DNA from: Sphaerodactylus townsendi
Lineage: Eukaryota
Reading direction: 5' to 3'
Length of the DNA stretch: 64,000 nucleotides
NCBI RefSeq assembly: GCF_021028975.2
Contig: NC_059428.1
Span: forward strand, 151,218,001-151,282,000
The position numbers were made by a program, and so were the translations under genes. Positions 10,953-22,545 of this stretch are shown piece after piece (within the stretch, counting starts at the first letter, position 1; each line of letters begins with the position of its first letter). The notes beneath the pieces are model-generated. The model was not told where the DNA came from, ran no database searches, and saw only the letters and a program-made list of their open reading frames with translations.

Positions 10953-12029
10953 CTCCTAAAACCTCTCTCTAGACCATTTCCCCCCACTTTTCCTCCAAAA
11001 AACGTGACCCACATTTATTCCAAGTACTAGTTGCAGCAGCAGGCAATGTGGCTGGGATTGTTGTGCACTGGACGCTCAACAGCAGGAACTAGGTTGGACG
11101 TCCTGCTGCCAGGGAAGATCAGTCCTTTGAGTGAAGCCAAACCGGTTCTTGTTTTTACAAAGTGGTTTTGATTTTTGAAAAGTGGCTGCTTTTCAATATC
11201 TCTCCAAGCACAAGCAATTCAAGGAATAAGTGCCCCCAAGAGTCCCTTTTTGCTAGCCAAGACTGGCTGACCTGAAATGGCACCCATAAGAGGACAGGTT
11301 CATTCCACTGAGCCTTTTAAATTTACGACTTTGTGCTTTGTGCATGTAATTTGGGACTTTGTGCATGTAAAGCAAATGTTCTACCGCCAAGCCATGGACC
11401 CCACTCCAAATGTATATGAGTCCCTCAATGAGAATTATCAGGTATGAACAGCCAGCTGTATGTCAGGTTGCCAACAACCAAAATGCAGACGAGTAGTCAA
11501 TTCGTATAAACGCAACTCCCCTTCCAGCAAGCAGTGTAAGAAATTCCCATACCTAGAACCATTAATATGAAGTTTTACATATATTTGTGCGTGTATAAAA
11601 CGGTTTGACTCCTGAGGTAAATTACATGCAACTTCAGTCTCTTTAATTAATCTGGTCGCTTCGTTTTCCTGACAGGGAAGCGAGCTACTCTTGGGCTCCC
11701 TCTAGTGGTCTCAGGGTTACTTACACAGGTAAGAAAATGCGTTCTCCACATTTATTCCTCCAAGGGGCTGAGGGATGGTTCTCCCCCTCACGCGTTCTAC
11801 CCTCACAACAACCCTTTGAGGAAGGCGACGCCGAATGCACGCAGCTGGTCTGAAGCAGAGCTCCCGTTTCATTGCACACAATTGCACCCCTTCGCTGTTT
11901 TCCTGCACGAGCAAGCCAACCCGGTTGTGAATGCAAAAAGTGCTTCGTGCAACTGGAGGCCGCTTCTTCAGCTGCCTCTTAAAGATAGACATTTATTTCC
12001 AAAATTTACGTCCTTGTACCGGTAGTGAA

Positions 12030-12420
12030 TTAGGTTTTAAACGCCGCCCTCTGACTCGTGTTCCTATCGCTTTAAATCCTCATTTCCCCTCCAGTCAGCC
12101 CCGCCCCTTCTCTTGATGACCTGCCCATCATGCCGCCCAAACCGGGTCGTCCTTCTTCCCGTGAGCCTCAAGGCGCAGTCGCCTCTTTTTCCCATAGACC
12201 CTTGCGAAACAAGGCCACAGCAAAATGGCGGACCGACCCGGTAAGCGGCTGCTAGCCGAATGGAACCTTCAAGGTGACCCGGCTGGGTGATCACCCGGTT
12301 TGGGGAGGGAGATCCGTTCTTGTCCCCGCCCCCCGTCCTCATGCTTTGGGGGTGTCTGAGTGGGGGGGTTTCAAATAGTGACTTTTTGTGCCTCGTTCCC
12401 CTTGTGCGCGTGCGCAAACC
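12030..12420 (+). promoter_or_regulatory. ATP5MF CpG-rich promoter and first-intron elements
   Basis: GC box CCCCGCCCC ~12099; YY1-type CAAAATGGCGG overlapping the ATG (12221-12231); ERR-like TCAAGGTGA 12269-12277; NRF1 consensus TGCGCGTGCGCA 12405-12416. This set is typical of OXPHOS genes. Confidence 0.7.
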
Positions 12421-14451
12421 TCATACCTGTCCTTGTTGCCTTATGGCAAGCTGGGTCGTTTTCGACAGGCGGGGATCCAACAGGTGCAGCAACAACACCG
12501 CCTCCCCCGCTTCTCGTGCCTTTTAAATGATGCACCAGCCTATCCAGCCACTTGGCACTTTCTGCCCTATACTGTCTCTCTTCTAGTTCCCGTGAAAGAT
12601 TTGAGGCTCTTGGATGTGAAATTGGGCCAGCTCCCGACATGGTTGGCATCAGGAGATTACAGCCCTGGAGGGATTTATAGAGCTTACAAACGAGGTGGGT
12701 AGAAGTCTGCTTTGGGGGTGTGCATCCCTAGTGGTGGCAGCTGCATCTGAGAACAGGCCTGTTGGTTCAGTTGACTACAATATACTACTTTTAGCATTAT
12801 TACTAGCAGTCTCCTTGCGTTCTTGAACTTGGTGCTGTAACCATATGCCCCTTACTTGGACTGTCACAGAACTGCTGAGTAAAATTGTATAGGATGGTGT
12901 GACAAATTGAAAGCTACATTTGCAGATTTCAAGTTTAAAGGTACATGGGATTTCAACCTTGCCACAAGCCCTGTTTCTGATTATTGACCAAACAAAATGC
13001 AATTCCAGTATTACCTTAAAAACCAACATTTTGTCAGATTAGTGTTATCGAGGGGCTGAAACTGCTTGAGAATCAGTAAACTTGCAGGCCATATTTTCAG
13101 GCAAGCCAAACTTGACATTGGTACTGGCAGGCTAGGATTGGGAATTGTGATAGTGTTTGCTAATAGGGAAGATTTCTCTAGCCCTGCTGAATGCCTTGGT
13201 GTTAGAGCTGTGAGCCAGCCAGTCTTTTCCTGCACACAGAATTTGCTTTACTGCAGAGCTGGTGTCACTAAACGGTTCTGAACCCCCAACCCCTTGCTGT
13301 TGTGGCCCTATCAATAGCCATAAACTGAGGTGGCCCTATCACTAGCCATAAGCTGAGAAAGCAACTTTTTGAAGCTCAGAGTTCTTCTCTCCCCTCTGCC
13401 CCCCACTTAGGTACCGGCCGATTTTACACCAAGTACTTTGATGTGAAGAAAGGTGGCATCGGGGGCCTCGCAATGATACTTACAGGCTACGTGGTGATCA
13501 GCTACATCTGGAGCTACGACCATATTAGTAAGTGAAATCTTACAGGTCTGACAGTCTTTGAAAAAAACTTGGTAGAAAAGCCTTCACGTCTGGGTGCAAG
13601 AGCATGCAGTTGTTCATCCCGGGGTCTTAAATCAACAATCTTTTAAGGACAGAGTGGAGCAGGTTGGGAAGAGGCAGGCCAGCTTATTTACGTCTGTAGG
13701 ATAGAGTTCATCCTGTCTGATAGAGTAGTATTGGAAAACAAGACAGGTGTGATGAAGTTGTTCTATAATTGTATCAGAAAGAGTCACACTTTGATCTCCA
13801 GATGGAAAAGCCAAGAGGCTGTAACCAAAAGGAAGCCCTATACATCAAAGGCTAGACTGCCTCATGGCAGGAACATAGTTTTCCTGGAAAGTAAGGAACA
13901 CAGACTTGGGAGATTCTGATCCCGGCTGAACTCAGGTGAGCATCAGAGCTCAGGGTGGCTGAGACAAGCCTGCAGGAACAGTGCCATTTAGCTGAGAAAT
14001 AATTATATTTAAAACTTTATTGTTTTCTGTTTTTATTTTCAATAAAATCTTAGTATCTGGAAAAAGTATCTGTAGAAACAAGCATGGCTCTCCCAGGCTT
14101 GGTTTCATGATTTACAGGACTCCAATGAAATCTTGTAAATAAGACGTCCATATTCCCACTATGCCTCTGAACTGGTCTGGCCTAGTCTACTGGTTTTTTA
14201 GAAACACCTCATAGTGCTACTGGCATTAAGTAGCCTTTGACCTCATCCACTAGGCCTGCTGCTGTGTGTTGCAGTTTCCTGCATCAAGGAAAGCTTACTA
14301 TTTCTTGCCTGAGTTGGCCATGTTTGCTGTGGTTGAGATCTTGGTTCCTGCTTAGGGTTGTCCTTTATCCTGTGGGTGAATATAGTAAACCCAAAGCCAA
14401 CTGACTTGTTTTAATCATGCAGAGCATGACCGCTGGAGGAAATATCATTGA
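12225..14451 (+). CDS. ATP5MF: ATP synthase membrane subunit f, 89 aa; join(12225..12240,12587..12694,13411..13527,14423..14451)
   Basis: Spliced translation MADRPVPVKDLRLLDVKLGQLPTWLASGDYSPGGIYRAYKRGTGRFYTKYFDVKKGGIGGLAMILTGYVVISYIWSYDHIKHDRWRKYH*. All introns GT-AG and phase 1; AATAAA at 14583-14588. Confidence 0.97.
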
Positions 14452-14870
14452 GACTAAATGCACCAGAAGAACACAGGCGCCCCTCGACTGGCAGTAGGAA
14501 GAGCAGAGATCGCATCCACAGAAGGCTCCTTGCCCTTAAATGCTGAATTCGTTTCCAGTATGAGCAGACTATTGTGACCAATAATAAAACATTTGTTAAA
14601 AGTGTACTGTAAGAGGATGTGGCTGAATTCTTTTCCAGTGGGAGCCGTATATTCTAACCAGTAAGAAAACATTTATCATAAGTGTACTGCAAGGCGACTT
14701 GTGACGAAACTGACTTTTAAGTCTGGCTTAAAGTAAGTGCTGCATTTTGTAAAGTGTGGAACACTGGTTGTGCTTCAAAGGCCTTTCCTATCTGTAGCAA
14801 CCTTGCTTGCCATGTGTTGAGATTCACAGGGTCATAAATGAACTGAACATTGCACCGACTGGCAACTACC

Positions 14871-15015
14871 TCGGTGTGTGGTGGAGTCTCCTTCTTTGGA
14901 GGTTTTTAAAAACAGGCTGAATGGCCATCTGTCAGGAGTGCTTTGATTATGTGTTTGGCATTGCAGGGGGGTTGACTTGATGGCCCTTAGGGTATCTTCC
15001 AACTTTATGATTCTA
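14871..15015 (+). mobile_element. CR1 LINE 3' end
   Basis: GTGGTGGAGTCTCCTTCTTTGGAGGTTTTTAAA..TTCCAACTTTATGATTCTA; matches the 47.9-48.06 kb CR1 tail. Confidence 0.85.
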
Positions 15016-16310
15016 CTTCTAAGGGCAAACATGAGTGTTTCTATCCCTAAAGAATAGTTAGAAGCCCCACTGTGTTCCCTTCTCACACCAGGGATAGCAT
15101 GTGCTAGCTGTTCATGACACACAAATCAGCAGCCTGCATTTTCCAGAATCTGTACCAAGGGTAGGCCTTGATACTATGCATATTGCATAGTCCATTCCAG
15201 ATTTTATAATTCCTGGTTAGTAAAATGTGTTAGTTGGCACGCTGGCACTTCTTGAAATCAGCTGTTTTTGTTGTCTACACAAAAACGATCCTTAAACATA
15301 GATATCTCTTTTTGCAGACCTGCTGCCTTCTCCACGGATGACAACACGGGCCTTTTTGGGGGGGAACGTTTTTAATCAACTAAAAGCATAGGGTGTTCCA
15401 CACAACATAGGACTCCAGTTTTATTCTTCCTAGGCACATCCCCCCCCCCCAAAAAAAGTCCAGCCCCCAGAAATAAAAAGGCTGCCTGACAAAACAAAAA
15501 TAAATTTTATCTTCTGAGGAGTAAGGCTGGTATTAGAGCAGCAGTCTTCTGGCTCAACTTTGAAGAAGTCTACCTGAGGGAGACCACTGGCAGTGTTCAG
15601 GGATGTTAAGCTAACGAATGCTGAATCGAGGCCTACTGCAGCCAAAAGGGTTAAAGCAATAGTATTTTCTTTATACACATGTGTCTGTAGCACCTGTCTG
15701 CTGAAGACTGAAACTTTTTGAGCTCCAGCACTTATCATTTTGAGGTTCCATCTATTCACAGAAGTGAGCTGTCTGTGCAGGCTCTTTGTATTGGCTGCTC
15801 GTGCCTTGCGAGCGACCCGTAAAAGTGCTGTAGAGTTAATGCCAACTCTTGCCCCCAGATGCTCACCCAAGCGCTTTGCAGAGAACACAGCTGTGTGATG
15901 CTTCCCTCCACTCGGTGCAGAAAACAGACTAGCCCTTGGTCCCTTTGCACTGTGTTCAGGGTTCAGTTCAGGGGCTGCTTGCACAACCGAGGACTTGAAG
16001 CACAAAAAGAAGGTTTCCATTCTGAATGCAATTTGAAGTTTCTGTATTTCCCTCTCCTTCAGCACAGCTTCCCCACTGGGTTGCATTTCCGTTAAGGCAG
16101 AATCCGTTCAAGGTCTAATTTCAGAAGGGTTGAAACAAATGACGGAATTATAAAAAAGTCGCAAATGAGGAGTCCACCCAGCAAGACAGCCCTTCTGGTA
16201 CTGGTGCTTTCAAAGGAAAAAATAGATCAATGGTTTGAATTGGTGGTTGGCTGCGCTCTGCTTCCATTTTCTTTGTCAAAAGGGAAGTTGTCTCCGCTGT
16301 GGTTGTTGGT

Positions 16311-19300
16311 TCACTGTCCGCTAAGAAAAGCCAAATGTCCCTTTGTGCATCGGTTGGCATAATGTCCTTTTTCACCACACTTGAAGGAGAGAAGAAAAAA
16401 CCACGTGAAGCTATTTAAGTACACAAAATCCTGAGTGGAAAAGGTAGCCACCTCACAGGTAAGGCAGCAAGATTCCTTCCTTAGGAAATCCTGTTTCAGA
16501 AGTTTCTATCTCTTATGGTTGAGACATCTGAATACACAAGGAAATTCCCCAGACAGACTTTTTGCAGATTATGACTTTCAACACAGCTCTGAGCTTCTCC
16601 CATCCATCTTTGACACTATATCCCAAAGCTCAATCTCTTTCAAAACACAAGCTGCTTCCCAAATTCCACGCAACTAAACGGAACCATGAAAATTACCTAC
16701 AGTTGTGAATGGTTTTACTCCACTTGCAAGATTCTCCAAATTAAACTCCTGTCACACACACACATAATTATGCCTTCAACTTACCTTGTAACAGGTGACC
16801 TGCTCCAGTGGCCGGGGACCTCTGTTGCCCATGCTGTTATTCTGAGTCTGCATGACTCCAATGACCTGGGGGGTCCTCTGTTGGTTGGGAGAAGAGTTCT
16901 GACTCGTTAATTGGATCAGGGATGACGACCTCTGCAGCGGCGGGTTGTTGTTTTGCTGAGGACGGGAGAAAGAACAGGCCACGTGAACGATCAGTCTTTT
17001 CAAGTCTGCCGGCTGGGCTAAATATTACATGCCCAGCAGTTAAACAGCCCTGCGCAAGAACCCAGATTTCCTCAGCACATCTTGTTATCTGCAACTCTGA
17101 CCTAGCACGCCGGAACAGCCATGCAACTGCTAAGTGGTTTAAGCTCACACACCCTCAAAGTATATTTTAAAGTTAGGCCACCGTGTCAGATCAGTCTGCG
17201 ACTCTGTGACCCACAAGGCACATAGGACCTTGCGCATTCTCTCCCTCCCTCCTTCATTTATAGGCTGTGAGGTCAGCCCAAGGAGCAGATATACCGCAAT
17301 GCTCCTTACGCAGCCTAAATTCCATCCATCCAGTAGCCACAGAAGTGCCTTCGCTGCACACTGGAGAAGTGATCGAGAAGCTGCATACCTTTTGCTGAGG
17401 TTGCGTTGGCTGAGGCAGGGGTGGCTGCTCTGTGGTTCCCATGGGAAGTTCAAAGCGAGGGCTGGTTTAAAAAAAGAAAAAGTATGTAAGGTAATAGGCA
17501 AAGACAGAGCTGAACCTTGAGGGACTGGCTGGAATCCATTTCTTCAAGAAGAAGGTTTGGATTTCTATCCCCCCCTTTCTCTCCTGCAAGGAGACTCAAA
17601 GGGGCTTAAAATCTACTTTCCCTTCCCCCCTCACAACAAACACTCTGTGAGGTGCTCTGAAGAACTGTGACTAGCGTAAGGTCACCCCGCTGGCATGTGT
17701 GGGAGCGCACAGGCTAATCTGGTTCACCAGCTCAAGTGGCAGAGTGGGGAATCAAACCCGGTTCCTCCAGATTAGAATGCACCTGCTCTTAACCACTGCT
17801 CTCCTTTGCACAATACAGCCCGGACATATGTATACTAATTTAGGTAACACTTGCATGGGTAATAGCTTGAGGTTATTCATGTAAAAACATGTTGCATAGG
17901 ACGTGTTGAAGGTAAAGGCCGAATGTGGGATCACTGCCAATCTAAAAATTCCTTCCCATCCACAAGGAACACTACACAGCATAGCAACTGACCCATGTTA
18001 GACTCAAGGAGGAAAAGCTGAGGACCAAGGAGACAATCCTGGAATATACTCACTGCATGAATTTGCAAGCAGGCCCTTCTGGACAGAACCCCACCAGGTA
18101 ATTCACACATATAACCCTCCGGGTGTGTCTGTGCCGGCAGAGGGGGCCTGCAACACAGAACATCAGGGTCATGTTTTCAACATACAACATTTGACCCACC
18201 CACAACTGCAAGGCCTCCTTTGGTTTTTCAACCTTTCAGGATTGAAGCAAGTTCTCCCAACAGGCCAACCAGATCTCTGGCTCCAGCCTTCCAAAGCTGC
18301 AAGAGGCTGGCATTTTTCTCACAGGACAAAAAGCAACAGAGACCACTAGCAAAGAGGAAGGGAATACGTACCATGCTTACAAAAGCCTCGGTCATACCAA
18401 GGACAGTCTTTGATCTTGGACTCGGGGTCAATATGTAAGAACGGACATTCTTTGTTGCTGCATTCCCCTGCAATAGGCAACCACACACTTGACTGAACAG
18501 AGCAGGAGCAGAGAAAAGTGCCACCCATGACAAACAAATCACTCCCCAGTCCTGAAAGATGAACAGTGCTAGGAATCTCTTAAAAACATTTCCTTTATCA
18601 CAGGAAGATCTGCTGATTTTCCTTCTTGCGTGCAAAGCGGCAACAATGAACAGGTTAAGCCTAGCCATTTCAGCATTCTCTATCCAGGTAAGTAAATAAG
18701 TAGCCCAGTTAAGTATGAAGAGGGTACAGGGCAAATGTATTAAAATATAGTCTCACATCTCTAAACTTCCAGGACAAGGCGGATGATGTACTGTTCCCTT
18801 AGTGTGGGAACAAAGCCTTTTGGAGCCCTTTTGTGAGGTGGATGGATGACAGAACAAGAGATAGGACCATGGCACAGGGCTACCAATCAGTTAGTCAAAT
18901 CTTATCTCTGCTTTAGAAAAGTCAACCTCAGCCCAAATCTATGATGAGGAACTAAGAAATTGGATGCTGTGAAATGTACTGAGCTGCTGCAAATGCCTTT
19001 GAATGCTAAGGCTCAAGATATTATTGTGGGCATAGCAAAATCTCAAGAATACCTACTCAGAAGGAAATAGACCCTTGTCCAACAGGGCTTATGCCCACAG
19101 ATCTATGAACAGGATAATTAGCCCAAAGTCTCCCTTTTGGAGACAAGCCACAATGACAGACAGATGGACACCCCAGTTTCTCTTACCAAATTTTGAGTAG
19201 AAGTAGCATTCTGGCATCTTGGTCATGTCATACTCATGCAAAAACTCACACTGGTCCCCCTTCTTGCACAGCCCCCGTAACCAGTGCTTGCAAACCACAG

Positions 19301-21606
19301 TCTTTTCGCCGCTGATGTGCCGGAAGGGACACATTCCTCCTAGAGCGCAGGAAAGCAAGAGCATGAGTTCACAACTTACAGGGGAAAGATTCTGTGCTAA
19401 AAATGGCTTCCTGTCTGCCTGTTCCCATATTCTGTTTCACATAAAGATGTTAATAGATGGTATATTCCTCCACCATAGAATAAAACATGCTGGACCTTCT
19501 TTGTTGTAGAATGCTTCGCCTGGGTCCTGGTGCCTACCTAGCCCTGCTCCCCCTATCCATTTGAAAGTAAAAATACATTTTGGCATAAATAATCTCGTAC
19601 CAAAGTACCATGTCCACTAGTGCACAAAATAATGGTTTTGACAAAGGCAGCATGTATAAATGAATGATAATTCTCATATTTGTTCCAGACTATGTTCCAA
19701 TGTGAAAGAATTCAACTTTTTCAACTGCTGCATCTCAACTGAGGGAATATTTATATGGAACAGCATTTATATTTATTTATTTATTATATGGAATAGCATA
19801 GCATCTTTGTAACTGAGGCATACCTTTCCCACAGGCAGACTTCAAAAAAAATTCACAGACAGCAGCTCCTGATTCTGGGGAGAAAAACAGACATACAGTG
19901 AAACATCAAAACTTCCACTGCGCTACTGATTTAACATTAGAAGTACCATGATTCTTAATTAGTTACATAGTTCAGTGTGCCCAGGTCTGCAATTCTTCAC
20001 TCAGATGGAGGTGTCCTATGCTCTTGCATTTGAGCACATCTTCCAATACCAAGATTTTTTAAAACATCCACGTAGAAAGCTCACAGTGGCAACAGAATAA
20101 AAAAATGGGCACTGGAAGTACAGTGGTCCATTTTATCAGGGACACAGTGAGAAATCCAAGAAAGCGTTCCCCAACGTTTTCTCTCTTACCCAACCAGCCT
20201 GATCAATAGCTCTTTCTAACCACAAAGCACACATGCTGTATGAACAGAAAATGGCCCCTGCAGGTTGATGATCTTTGGGTTCTTTTTTTTAAAGTATCTG
20301 TTGTAAAATAACACAAGAATACAAAAACAGACAGGGGGAAAAATGGCATTTTAGGGAGCTTTGTCCCCATCTGAGTTATTAAATATATAGAGCACAGTGG
20401 ATCAGTTTGCAAGACCTGAACAAGGCTGTTAACAACAGTATGTTTTGAAGATCATTAATTCTATGTGTGTGTGTCTATGTATGAAGGACTGTCAAGTCAC
20501 TTCTGACTTATGTCAACCCTGTGAATGTATGCCTTCCAAACATCTTGTCACTTACAGCCACGCTCAAATCGGGAAAACTGAGAACAGTGGCTTCCTTGAT
20601 TCAGTCCACCTCGTACTGGCTCTATGGCTTTCCCTGTTGCCTTCAGCGTCTCCTAATTTTATTTATCAACTTTAGGGTTGCTGTAAGTCAGAAATGATAT
20701 GATAGCCCCTTAATGCATGCACAGCACTGTCCAGCAGGGAAATTTACAAAGTTGCATATGGAATTCCCCTCAACAAATGGCATTATTCATATGATATGTA
20801 GTAGACAGAAAAGATGGCGTGTAAGATAGTTATTTCTTGAATGGACGTGAAGATGGAGATCAGAATATCTGTATGACATTTAGTGGGATTTTTTTCTGCG
20901 TGTATTCTTTCTTTTATAAAAATATTTTTATTAATTTTCATACAATATTTGACAGATATAGAAAAGATACTTCCAAAAAGACAGGAGCAGAACAGAAAAC
21001 AACATCTACCCAAGGCTATATTAATATAATCATTACATAATGGATCCCAACGTGACATTCTAATATTGTCAGAGAAACCATCACAAAATCTATAAGACAC
21101 TCTTCTATGTATGTATTTTTTCGGAAGACTTTAATAAAGACTTTATATACGTATGTTAAAAAAACAAATGGCATTATTCAAAATGCATTGGGAAGACTGG
21201 AAGCACAGCCACTTCCCTCTCTCTTTCCAACCCATCCTTGAGGAAAGGAGCTTTGACTCTGGAAAGCTCTGTGGGCCTCTAAGATGCTACTGGACTGGAG
21301 GGCAGTTTTTTCTCTATATATGCTTGTTCCTAACGCGGTGCCTCCATTTTGCTTTTCACAACAGCCCTGTTGGGTAGGCCACGCAGTTAGGCAACAACTG
21401 CCCCCAAAGCAGAGGTGGGATTTGAACCCAGGCTCGGGAAAACTGGCTGGCTTTCCCAGAGAGCGCGGGGAAAAGCATCTGGCCTCGCGCCGGGCTCACG
21501 TACTGTCCATGCCCGGGAAGGGGAGCGGCTGCGCGCCGAGCTGCTCCTCCACCGCGATCTCCAGCTCGAACTTGATGTGGTCCACGCTGGCGATGAGCTC
21601 CTGCAT
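16311..21606 (-). CDS. CPSF4: Cleavage and polyadenylation specificity factor 4 (CPSF30), 269 aa; exons 21606-21504, 19874-19824, 19339-19187, 18467-18372, 18147-18054, 17461-17389, 16955-16785, 16379-16311
   Basis: Starts [44 protein letters not shown]. Five CCCH fingers (e.g. [23 protein letters not shown]) and a C-terminal zinc knuckle [27 protein letters not shown]. 810 nt total, GT-AG junctions; minus-strand AATAAA at 15425-15420. Confidence 0.98.
17546..17803 (-). mobile_element. Squam3-like SINE in a CPSF4 intron
   Basis: Reverse-complement copy with (GAA)n tail. Confidence 0.8.
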
Positions 21607-21609
21607 GAT

Positions 21610-21955
21610 GGCGGCGGCGGTGGAGCCTCTTCCGAAAGGAGAAGAAATCGCCGTTCCGGCCAGAAGTTGAGGAAAACCGCTCCCGCAAAGGATGCTGGGA
21701 ATACTGACATGCGACCCGGCGGAGGGTGATGACGCGCCCGCGCGCTTCGACCAATCAGAAAAAGCTTTCTCTCTGAGGGGAGTGAGTGGAGGAGGAGGAG
21801 GCAGTGACGTTTTGTCCCGTCAGCCAATGGGACGGAGCTTTGGTATGTGGAGGCGTTGCCTCAGGAGGAAAGCCGCTCCGTGCGTGTGACGGCGCCTGGT
21901 GTTACCTGCGCCTGCGCAGAAGCCTCGCGGGACGACTGGACCAGAGTACGTATAG
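21610..21955. promoter_or_regulatory. Bidirectional CpG-island promoter CPSF4/PTCD1
   Basis: Head-to-head genes with high CpG. ZNF143-type TTCCCAGCATCCTTTGC (minus, 21701-21685); CCAAT boxes at 21751 and 21824; TGACGT ~21805; NRF1-like TGCGCCTGCGCA 21907-21918. Confidence 0.8.
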
Positions 21956-22545
21956 GTGAGTGGGCAGGGGCTTTGCAGGCAGAAGTTCCCCTGGTCAATC
22001 ACGAGCATCCTGGAAAGGATCAAGCGGTAGGAGATGTGAAAGTCCTCCGACGGAGATGCTGGGTATTAGGAATTCTGTCTAATAATTAAGGGATATTTTA
22101 AATGTATTGTCTTATAATAATTTAGTCTTATAATAATTTTCTTATAATAATTCAGGGCAACCTTTGCCTGGCGTATAGAAAGAGTAGGGGAAAAAAGACT
22201 TTGATCACATCACGTAGACCAGTTTGCATGGGTGAAAGCAAGGGACAGTGCCAGGATAGTGCCATAATTTGTTAATTAGAAGATTAACAAGCCTGACTTG
22301 TATTTTTTTTTTTTGCTGATACTGTGCTAAAGTTATCTAGAAGATGGGTGTCAGATGTTTGCACAATGGTGCAATTTCAGTGCTTGCCATTGCTGCTTGT
22401 AGTGGACAGTGCTGAGGGTGATAGGCCGATGATCTTACTTAATATAAGGCAACTTCCTGTGTTTCTGGAACAAAACGTTGCATTTTCTTTATTTTGATTT
22501 CAGAAGATGACTGCATAAGCAGGTGGCAAAACCCAGAGTCCCCCG

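Noticed and set aside
1-12000. Exons of a neighbouring host gene (e.g. zinc-finger or CYP3A)
   Set aside because: No recognisable peptide motifs or consistent exon chain found by eye; small exons could have been missed.
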